Assembly: GCF_902459745.1 (NCBI RefSeq)
Contig: NZ_CABPSJ010000003.1
Span: 778,957 to 810,956, forward strand
Reading direction: 5' to 3'
DNA from: Pandoraea communis
GTDB taxonomy: Bacteria > Pseudomonadota > Gammaproteobacteria > Burkholderiales > Burkholderiaceae
Length of the DNA: 32,000 nt
A program made the translations under genes and the position numbers. The notes beneath the pieces were generated by a model. That model did not search any database. It worked only from the letters and a program-made list of their open reading frames with translations, and was not told where the DNA came from. Shown piece after piece: positions 21,701 to 28,137 of the stretch (within the stretch, counting starts at the first letter, position 1; each line of letters begins with the position of its first letter).

Positions 21701-23192
21701 GCTGAAATGAATATCCCGGTGTATCGCCGGCGCGCATTAGCATGTGGTTGCCGACAAGCACATTGAGTACAGCGTCGGGCTGCGGCTTGATCGTGATCTG
21801 TCCGTCCTCGGCCAGCATGTTCTCCGTCTCAGAGATCGATCGCCGTGCGTGTCTGTCGGCGATGGTGCTCGCCGTTCGGGTGGCGAAGACGGCGAGACCG
21901 TCGAGGTACTCCTGCTGAAATCCTCGCGCGACGGCGTAAAGGGCTTCCGCGTGGCTAGCCTCCTCCTCATGCGCGGCCACGAAGTGCCGTAGCACTTCCT
22001 CCTTGGTCGTCGGGAATGGCGCGTTATCCGGAAGCGAGAGCAGGGCGGTCAGATAGAGCGGGATTGTCACGAGCTCACGCACGCCGGCCGTGCGCCATGC
22101 CTGGTCGACGAACTTCGCGCCCCCGTCGCCGCGCATCGAAACGGCGATCTGCATTTGCTGCGCTTCGCTGAGGGGCAGAAGATCGACGCGCGTCCCGCCG
22201 AAAGGAACGTCGAGCGCTTGCCGGCGGGTCGAGACGATCAGGCCGAGTTCGGGCAATTGCGCCTTGAGGGCCGTGATCTGCACCCGCGCGCGATTCCGCG
22301 CTTGCGCGTCCAGTTCGTTCCATCCATCGAGAAGCAGCACAACGCCGGGCTGCGCGGCGGCCTTTCGATAGTCGTCTTCCGAGATCCCACGGAACGCTGG
22401 GCGCTTGAGAATCGAGTCCAGAATCGTCGCGTCTTCTGTGGCCCAATCGCCGAGCGGAACGACGAGCGGCGTCCCTTTGCCGTTCGCCAGAACGCCTTCG
22501 GCGATCTGGAAGAGCGTAGTGGTCTTTCCCATGCCGGGCGGTGCGACAAGAATCAGATCGTCCAGCGACGTGGCCGCACCTGCAAGCGCGCTTGTCGTCA
22601 CAGGCTCGTCGAAGTCGGCAACCTTCAACGTGAGCGGGACCGACGTGGACGGCCATTTCGCGGTTTGCCTGAAAACTCGCAGATCGGCTTCTGCGGCGGC
22701 GCGTACGCGCTCAGCCAATTGCGGGTCGGCGACATCTGCGTGCCCGGGCAATGCTTCGTGCCGCAGCACACGCCGCCACGACTCGTTTTCCGCTTGCCTC
22801 TTCCATTGGTGCAGCAGCGCCACGGTGAATTGCGGATCGGGGGAGTCGATCGCCTTGCCGTGATCGCGGCACATCCAGATGCCGTTCTTTGCGGAGGAGC
22901 GCTCCTCTCGCGACATCGTCGCGTCGTAACGCGGGCCGCCAGGAGCGGCCGCGCAGATGTGGGCCGCCGTCCCGATGTTGATCTCGCCTTCGCCGTCAGA
23001 CGTTGCTCCAACCGTGTCCGCGCGACATGTCGGAAACGAGCAACGCCAGCCCGCGCGTTTCGCGATCTGCAGCACCGTATCCTTATTGAAGTCGTCTCGA
23101 TTTCTCTTTGCCACCTGACGGACACTCGATTTCGGCTTACGGTTCGGAGCGAACGAGCCGAGTACATAGTCTGGCCGCCTCCCGCTGCGCAA
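18759..23192 (-). CDS. HNH-like domain - NACHT-like STAND NTPase - long C-terminal helical region; candidate anti-phage NLR-like protein (start TTG 23192 or GTG 23114)
   Basis: aa 51-111: CSFPTC...GTAAHICAAAPGGPRY...MSREERSSAKNGIWMCRDH (C-x4-C, H, N, C-x2-H); Walker A APPGMGKTT (22518-22544); Walker B VVLLLDGWNELD; STR; C-terminal ~1000 aa helical repeat-like region. Confidence 0.9.
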   Translation of the reverse strand: MRSGRRPDYVLGSFAPNRKPKSSVRQVAKRNRDDFNKDTVLQIAKRAGWRCSFPTCRADTVGATSDGEGEINIGTAAHICAAAPGGPRYDATMSREERSSAKNGIWMCRDHGKAIDSPDPQFTVALLHQWKRQAENESWRRVLRHEALPGHADVADPQLAERVRAAAEADLRVFRQTAKWPSTSVPLTLKVADFDEPVTTSALAGAATSLDDLILVAPPGMGKTTTLFQIAEGVLANGKGTPLVVPLGDWATEDATILDSILKRPAFRGISEDDYRKAAAQPGVVLLLDGWNELDAQARNRARVQITALKAQLPELGLIVSTRRQALDVPFGGTRVDLLPLSEAQQMQIAVSMRGDGGAKFVDQAWRTAGVRELVTIPLYLTALLSLPDNAPFPTTKEEVLRHFVAAHEEEASHAEALYAVARGFQQEYLDGLAVFATRTASTIADRHARRSISETENMLAEDGQITIKPQPDAVLNVLVGNHMLMRAGDTPGYSFQHQQFQEWYASHSVERRIIAEVDDPSGRETLKAEVFNLPAWEEPILFAVERLARGDADQRAACGKAIVAAFEVDPILAAEMIFRSTEEVWSQIAKTIKGLVARWHAPGTVDRAVRFMLTSGRSEFLDAVWPLITNQDDQISLKALRNCRRFRPSILGNDAENKIKALSPHLRTVLLSEMASRSGMDGLDLASAIAKNDPDPEVQASVVDALSFRRADRHVAEVLHNASDKTFDLVVRRDLIDEVDDEPVRKGVAATRERQAANGTSAHDRLRGIVDAQGREDRSAELRDIVSTMEIDQPQDAGVQLIYEARNRYLGAIADGLLVRVRAGHPLFYGADDLLASAGFALEDDALVDLALSDPGRHDARAEAAASVLGPIAVGRMVDALLDTGARVRADGKFDQAASELYVGLQNRIAHVPGTSLVAAVLARSAQADNEQMTRLAELLSRHPDGETERGRPFDAAALASIRGLVEDWGNRMLASDDAERWQKASIGTLASHAPSVDLLPILKRLLDDNLRRFRAYREQAEAAGWRQGDALNEARQPMTHEYQRAFSAIKTPETAAMMQEYLADQHFGELAAQVLADQWRAANEPPKDKRVMFGVDFSGVEEKRGARAVDPQATSAEAEAIFAAVEPLTADGATNEQKALAVALGIAAVRLPHGQRDSTIQKLIALAPRRARPTLLLNLVLSGEEIDIKVVSDGISETLEAAKTEPWILTQSDGYELKLWLRLLPFVSHPTGALAVVRGMPPTQREPRFLEEMVGVLANAPSDEAEQVLFKLAEEDPRFYLNERWRAAVLRLGTPSSARRIIDLTAAGAFERVGNDWHLARELGSQIEAHPDLRSHLYGLLNAGPTTPGLALLTRAVAEAPDNDGLLLLVKFEQELNRPFASWQTIERLVTEHEPVSDWAGAYNVVPVPADSLRQKLLALTTDGGPTDAAARRLRQIDEIRDEHGMPEGEPRHPDLPSGKPWPIMQPDPDATADG

Positions 23193-23228
23193 ACTTCGCG
23201 CACGCCGGTGCCCGCGACCCCGGGATGT

Positions 23229-23483
23229 TGTTGGGAATTCTCGAATCCCAACACAAACCCAACGCTCTAAATACCTGATTTATAAGAAATGTTGGGGATG
23301 TTGGGATGTTGGGATTTTTAACAACAACAAAATTATAAAGTGAAGGAAGCCACCCCGAACTCACACAAGGGTCCGGAGCGGGGATCTCCTTTCATATATC
23401 TATCTCAATCCCAACAATCCCAACAACCCAACAACCTAAGCCAGACAAGGGTATGCGGGTGTTGGGAATGTTGGGATGTTGGG
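23229..23483. repeat. Cluster of eleven TGTTGGG/CCCAACA heptamers
   Basis: TGTTGGG at 23229, 23290, 23299, 23307, 23460, 23469, 23477; CCCAACA at 23247, 23410, 23419, 23427. Nine of the eleven form three triplets with 9 then 8 bp start-to-start spacing. Confidence 0.9.
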
Positions 23484-23642
23484 AATTGTCGCGGGAAGCC
23501 CGATCTGGCCCGGTAGGCAAACGAAAGGGCACCCCGTATCCGAGGCGCCCTCCGTTAGAACAGTCAGGCGAGTAGCAAGGCCACCGAAACCACGCCAGGC
23601 TGGATTGCATGCCTGGCAGTATCCAGTCCGATTCACCGACTC

Positions 23643-24353
23643 TCAAAATGCGCTACGAGGGATCGTCGCGGGGTCTAAGAAACGGCCCTTGTCGATCCAC
23701 CTGCAGTCGCCACTGACCCTGCCGGTTCTACGGCCCTGCTCGCGAAGGCACGTGATGATGACGCTGTTCGGCTTGTATCGGCCCGAATTGTCGAAATTCC
23801 AGCACGCTTCCATATCGGTCGGTGCCGACTGGAGCAGTAAGGAGGCGCGAGCGATTGCCCGATATCCATCGTCGGGCTTCCCCGGCACGCAAAGTTCATT
23901 GGTGAGGGTGATCGGGAAGATGTGTGCGTTACCCGGGAAGATCCCGATGACCTTGATGGGAGTTGTCTGCGGAAGAGAGTCTGATGACCGGGAAATTGGC
24001 TTGCGCGAGAACGCGAGACATTCGTCCCGCCGCAAGAAGAACCGAAAGACGCTCTCGGCGCCGTCTTCGTGTCGACCCGTGATTGTAACTAGGCGCCCAT
24101 CCTGGCTTATGGTTTCCGTTTGCTCGACACGTTCACGGTTTCCCCAGAGGTTAGCTGGCACCCCGGAATTGATCGGCGCGCATCTCTCCATGCTTGGCCC
24201 AACAACGTAGACGGTATTACTAAAAAATGCGTCCTTGGGATTGAGGTGAGGACGGTCATTGCCTTCGCCGCTCGCATGCACGCTGCTAGCTATCAAAAAA
24301 CCAATAAAGGTCAGGTAGATGCGGCTCTTTCGATGGTCTGCTTTTTCGTACAT
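23643..24353 (-). CDS. Hypothetical secreted/periplasmic protein, possibly with disulphides
   Basis: Signal-peptide-like N-terminus KSRIYLTFIGFLIASSVHASG; six Cys in the putative mature part (ERC, DEC, ELC, EAC, ITC, GDC). Confidence 0.7.
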   Translation of the reverse strand: MYEKADHRKSRIYLTFIGFLIASSVHASGEGNDRPHLNPKDAFFSNTVYVVGPSMERCAPINSGVPANLWGNRERVEQTETISQDGRLVTITGRHEDGAESVFRFFLRRDECLAFSRKPISRSSDSLPQTTPIKVIGIFPGNAHIFPITLTNELCVPGKPDDGYRAIARASLLLQSAPTDMEACWNFDNSGRYKPNSVIITCLREQGRRTGRVSGDCRWIDKGRFLDPATIPRSAF

Positions 24354-24438
24354 AGCTACGCCCAGAAAGCTAAGGAAGTCTTAGTGTACAAAAAATCGAT
24401 CACTAAGAACATCTTAGCCTTTGATGGAAGGGCTGAGC

Positions 24439-24741
24439 ATGGACACGCTGGCGAAACGGCTGAGAGAGGCTCGCACGGAGGCCGGGTTGTCCCAAGAGCG
24501 ACTTGGGGTTCTGGCCGGGATTGACGAGATGTCCGCGAGCGCTCGAATGAACCAGTACGAGCGAGGGAAGCACGTTCCAGATTTTGGCACTGTGGTTCGC
24601 ATTTCAGCAGCATTGAAGCTGCCTCCGGCGTATTTTTATGCCGTGACGGATGCGGAAGCGAATCTGCTGCGGAAGTTTCATCGGATGACTAAGGCACAAC
24701 AGGGCAAAGTCACTGCTCTGGTTGACAGCCTTGCCCCCTAA
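24439..24741 (+). CDS. XRE-family HTH transcriptional regulator
   Basis: MDTLAKRLREARTEAGLSQERLGVLAGIDEMSASARMNQYERGKHVPDFGTVVRISAALKLPPAYFYAVTD. Confidence 0.93.
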   Translation: MDTLAKRLREARTEAGLSQERLGVLAGIDEMSASARMNQYERGKHVPDFGTVVRISAALKLPPAYFYAVTDAEANLLRKFHRMTKAQQGKVTALVDSLAP

Positions 24742-24838
24742 GCAAGGTGAAGGCATCAACGTCCGGCACTGCAGTAATTGCGGGGTTGTTGTCGTGAATC
24801 GAAACTATAGGCATCCCTGTTTTGCTGTTTTGGAGCCT

Positions 24839-25438
24839 ATGCCACGTCCATCCGATCCACGCCGCGACCAAGCAGTCGAAACTATGCGCCGTCTATGCGC
24901 CGAGCACGGCCTCAAGGAAGGCTGCCGGCTGGCTCGCGAGCAATTTTCGGACATTCCGGATGGCACGTGGGGGCGCTGGCGCGTCCAGGCGCTCGGCCGG
25001 GCTCCAGAGCGGGAGGAGCTCGAACGTGATGCGCGCGCCAACATGGCGGCTGAGGTCCGCGAGAACATCCCGGCCGTGGCGGAGCTCGTTCCTGCCGCTG
25101 AGGCCCTGCCGGCTCAGCGTCGAGCGCTGGACTTTTGGCGGATGCTTGACGAGCTCGACGAGGATGCTCGGCTGCTGCGCGAGTTTGCGACCACGACGGG
25201 GCTCGACGGCAAGCGGAAGGTCAAGGTGCCGTTTGCACTGCGCGATGCTCACCGCATGCGATGCGACTTGATCCGCTTGGCCCTGCAGCACGCTGAGGTG
25301 GCTTGGAGCACGGAACGTGCTGCGCGCTTCCACGATGCCATCCTCCAGGAAGTCTCAGCCGAGTCCCCGGAGCTTGCCGGCCGGATCATTGCGAGGCTCA
25401 AGCGCGTGGCAAGCGAGGCGGAGCAACGTGGGTTCTGA
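24839..25438 (+). CDS. Hypothetical protein (possible N-terminal extension from 24722 containing HCSNCG)
   Basis: 200 aa ORF from ATG 24839, MPRPSDPRRDQAVETMRRLCAEHGLKEGCRLAREQFSDIPDGTWGRWRVQALG...; continuous ORF from the XRE gene, good codon structure. Confidence 0.65.
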   Translation: MPRPSDPRRDQAVETMRRLCAEHGLKEGCRLAREQFSDIPDGTWGRWRVQALGRAPEREELERDARANMAAEVRENIPAVAELVPAAEALPAQRRALDFWRMLDELDEDARLLREFATTTGLDGKRKVKVPFALRDAHRMRCDLIRLALQHAEVAWSTERAARFHDAILQEVSAESPELAGRIIARLKRVASEAEQRGF

Positions 25439-25451
25439 TGCGAGAGCGAGC

Positions 25452-25709
25452 ATGGATGATTTGGGTCGGTATTTCTGGGCGCTGACGGATCACGTCTGTC
25501 GCGAGTGCTTCGTTCGCGTCGTGGCCCGTCCGGGCGACGATGACGATCAGGTTTTTCGCTGCAGCAACTGCGGCTCGGAAGCTCAAGGTAGCGACGAACG
25601 CGTGATTTGCGCCTGTGGCCTGCCTGGCGTTGAATGCCGGCCGAACGACAATCCGACGCCGGCGGATCCCGGCGAGATCATCGCGGTCGCGCCGGGACGC
25701 GCCCCCTAG
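25452..25709 (+). CDS. Small zinc-ribbon-like protein
   Basis: MDDLGRYFWALTDHVCRECFVRVVARPGDDDDQVFRCSNCGSEAQGSDERVICACG: CxxC, CxxC and CxC pairs. Confidence 0.65.
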   Translation: MDDLGRYFWALTDHVCRECFVRVVARPGDDDDQVFRCSNCGSEAQGSDERVICACGLPGVECRPNDNPTPADPGEIIAVAPGRAP

Positions 25710-26164
25710 CTGTGTTCGTTGCGCAGTTCTCGTGCAATCTGCTTGAGCGCGCCACTGGTACCTGTTTTCGTGCGCCCACAAGCCGTTTTTGCATAGGCGG
25801 CCCGGACTTGTCTTCCAGGTAGGGAAGAAGGCCGTTCACTATAGACGGTAATCGATGACCGGGCTTCGAGACGACAAGGCCACTGCTGACCGTTGGGAAG
25901 GAACGGGTTTATGCATCCTCTTTCCTTCGTGCCTCGATAGAAAACGCCGACTTCTTCAAGCGTTACGGAGAAATCGCTCAGATTCTGGATTTCGATGCAG
26001 AACTGAAGATGCGAAGGAGCTCCCCCGACCGGGGTAGCATGTTTCGGGGTAACCCGTAACTTCAAGCGCGACCGATCGAGCGCAAACCATGTGTTCATGA
26101 CCCCGAGAACGGCACCTAGGACTGCAATTGCAAGCGTAATGCCCTGTACGAGATTGGTATTAAT
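25706..26164 (-). CDS. Membrane-anchored hypothetical protein (start ATG 26098, or possible ATT start at 26164)
   Basis: ORF upstream of ATG 26098 continues as NTNLVQGITLAIAVLGAVLGVMNTWFALDRSRLKLRVTPKHA, an in-frame TM helix followed by a beta-rich domain. Confidence 0.6.
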   Translation of the reverse strand: MNTNLVQGITLAIAVLGAVLGVMNTWFALDRSRLKLRVTPKHATPVGGAPSHLQFCIEIQNLSDFSVTLEEVGVFYRGTKERGCINPFLPNGQQWPCRLEARSSITVYSERPSSLPGRQVRAAYAKTACGRTKTGTSGALKQIARELRNEHS

Positions 26165-26679
26165 GACGGCCCCCGTTTTGTTTTATGTCCGGTGGAATCT
26201 AACTCCGTGACGTTCTACCACAAATTGCCTTGGTGCTTATCCGGCACGTGATCAGTCTTTAGATGGTATCCCCATCAAGGGCCGGACGACTCCGCCGTGC
26301 CTTATCTCCGGTAATCGCGCGTGCTTTCCTCTGCCTATCAATGTTGTAAGTTAACCGCTTGATTCATCCCCGCGTATGTCGCAGATCTGTGTGGGTACGG
26401 TGGACTTCGGATCACTTCGGGAAAGCGGAGCCGGAGAGAAAAATGGGCACGAGAGAGTGGAAATGGGGCAATTTGGGTGACACCCCGGAACCTCGAAGTC
26501 CGCAGGAGCTCGTGTGTACCCACCTTAGCTCTCCAAGGACGATGTTTGCGTCGAGGATCAGACTAATCTGAAACAAGGACACCAATGCCGATAGATTTTT
26601 ATTCCGTTGACGAACTCCCGCAGCCAGACAAGCTCGTCTGACCTAATGGCATCCCCGAGTGACTTTTGACTTCTCCATC

Positions 26680-28137
26680 TTACTGGCACACGGGGCCGCG
26701 TGAGAGCGCACTCGGCTTCCGCAAATTTCCCTGGATGATCAGTACGCAGACCTGAACACCATTTTCCAGGGATTGAAGACCCACCAACTGCGCGGGGTCA
26801 CGCGGCGGGCCATTCTTTGGGCTGCAATCCAGCACGCAGAGCACTGCAGTCTTTTTACCCTTCGCCACCGCATAGGATGCTGTTTGATTAGTAAAGCGCC
26901 TGCCATCCTCTAGAGCGAAAAGTGTCGATTTCTCAACCTTCAACTCAATAGGGATTCCACGGAACGATAGATCGGTGGTTCCGCCCGCTGCGTTGGCATG
27001 TTCGTCCAGTTCGATCCCAATGGATGGGCTGCGTCGCAATGCAGCACGAACATCCTGTTGGAACTCAGCTTCAGATCGTGTACCCGGAAACAGCGCGTCT
27101 TGAACCGAACTGCCAGCAAGATTGAACAGCGCGGCCAGGATTGTTAGCAGGTCAAGCAACTCCGGCTGCGCAATACCCGGCACTCTACGTAATGCTTGAC
27201 GAAACTCGATGAGGCGCCTGTCCAATGCAGGATAGCCGCACCAGGTACGCGACGGATCTGTGCCATCAACTAGCAGCGTCCGATGTCCCACAATCGCAAC
27301 CGGTTGCTCCGACTTGGGTGGTAGAAACTCGGCCGCATATTTGAATTCGAACGGCCTCGCTTGGAGACCTTGCGACACCTTCAAAATGGCGCGACCTCGC
27401 TGATGTAAGACGTACGGTGGATCACCAACCGGACGGGAAAAACGAAAGCTTGGAAACTCGTATGTTGAAGCTGGCTCCACAGAAACTGGTGTAAGTTGTA
27501 ATTCACTATGGTCCTTTGGCCATCTCGTGACGCGGACTTCCAATTCCAGATCGTGGACCTCTCCAGGCGTAAGCTGGTGGGTGTGCTGGGCGTCGATCAA
27601 GTCGATCTGAAACTTCAGAAATGCCACCGTGAGCGGAAGCGGTTCAGCCCCAGTCTTCTCGTCGAAGTGCTGGCCGTGCATCTTGCTAGTAAAGGGGATG
27701 TCTTGGGCAAACATGCCTAGCGGCAGCGGTACAGCACCGACAGCATTGAGAAGCTTTACGGCGTCGTCCAGGCTAGATACTTCAGGCAATGCTTTACTGG
27801 TTTGGACCAGACTGGCAGCCGCCGCCTGACTCTCATATTCCTTCAGCCAAAGTTGGTAGCGTGCCTTCGCGCTTCGTAAAAAGCGGTCAGCGTCTGGGAG
27901 CGCCGTCAAAATGGCATCGTGCCATTGTGCTAGAGTCGCCGAAATTCGCACCAGTCCTGCAAATGCAGCGTATGCGACCGCGGCGACTGGATTAGCAAAT
28001 GACGCCGAAATCGAGTCCAGCTCGCCGGCCAATGCACTCAGATCGTCCGTGTGTGTCGTCCCTGGGAACCCCAGCAACGCTTCCACAGCGTTCAGGCGCG
28101 GCGAACGCGCGTCGGGGCGAACTAGATTTTGTCTCAT
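26680..28137 (-). CDS. Uncharacterised protein with C-terminal PD-(D/E)XK-like nuclease motif
   Basis: 485 aa; SEAEFQQDVRAAL...GGTTDLSFRGIPIELKVE...FTNQTASYAVAKGKKTAVLCVLD: D389-x8-E398-L-K400 and downstream Q418. Confidence 0.75.
   Translation of the reverse strand: MRQNLVRPDARSPRLNAVEALLGFPGTTHTDDLSALAGELDSISASFANPVAAVAYAAFAGLVRISATLAQWHDAILTALPDADRFLRSAKARYQLWLKEYESQAAAASLVQTSKALPEVSSLDDAVKLLNAVGAVPLPLGMFAQDIPFTSKMHGQHFDEKTGAEPLPLTVAFLKFQIDLIDAQHTHQLTPGEVHDLELEVRVTRWPKDHSELQLTPVSVEPASTYEFPSFRFSRPVGDPPYVLHQRGRAILKVSQGLQARPFEFKYAAEFLPPKSEQPVAIVGHRTLLVDGTDPSRTWCGYPALDRRLIEFRQALRRVPGIAQPELLDLLTILAALFNLAGSSVQDALFPGTRSEAEFQQDVRAALRRSPSIGIELDEHANAAGGTTDLSFRGIPIELKVEKSTLFALEDGRRFTNQTASYAVAKGKKTAVLCVLDCSPKNGPPRDPAQLVGLQSLENGVQVCVLIIQGNLRKPSALSRGPVCQ

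Noticed and set aside
22155-23270. 371 aa plus-strand ORF crossing the NACHT gene start
   Set aside because: Antisense to the HNH-NACHT region, no domain logic; the minus strand carries Walker and HNH motifs.
23229-23483. CRISPR array
   Set aside because: Repeat units are only 7-8 nt with 1-2 nt between copies in each triplet; no 23-47 nt repeats, no ~30 nt spacers and no cas genes.
24120-24524. 134 aa plus-strand ORF (MLDTFTVSPEVSWH...)
   Set aside because: Mostly antisense to the secreted-protein gene and runs out of frame into the XRE gene.
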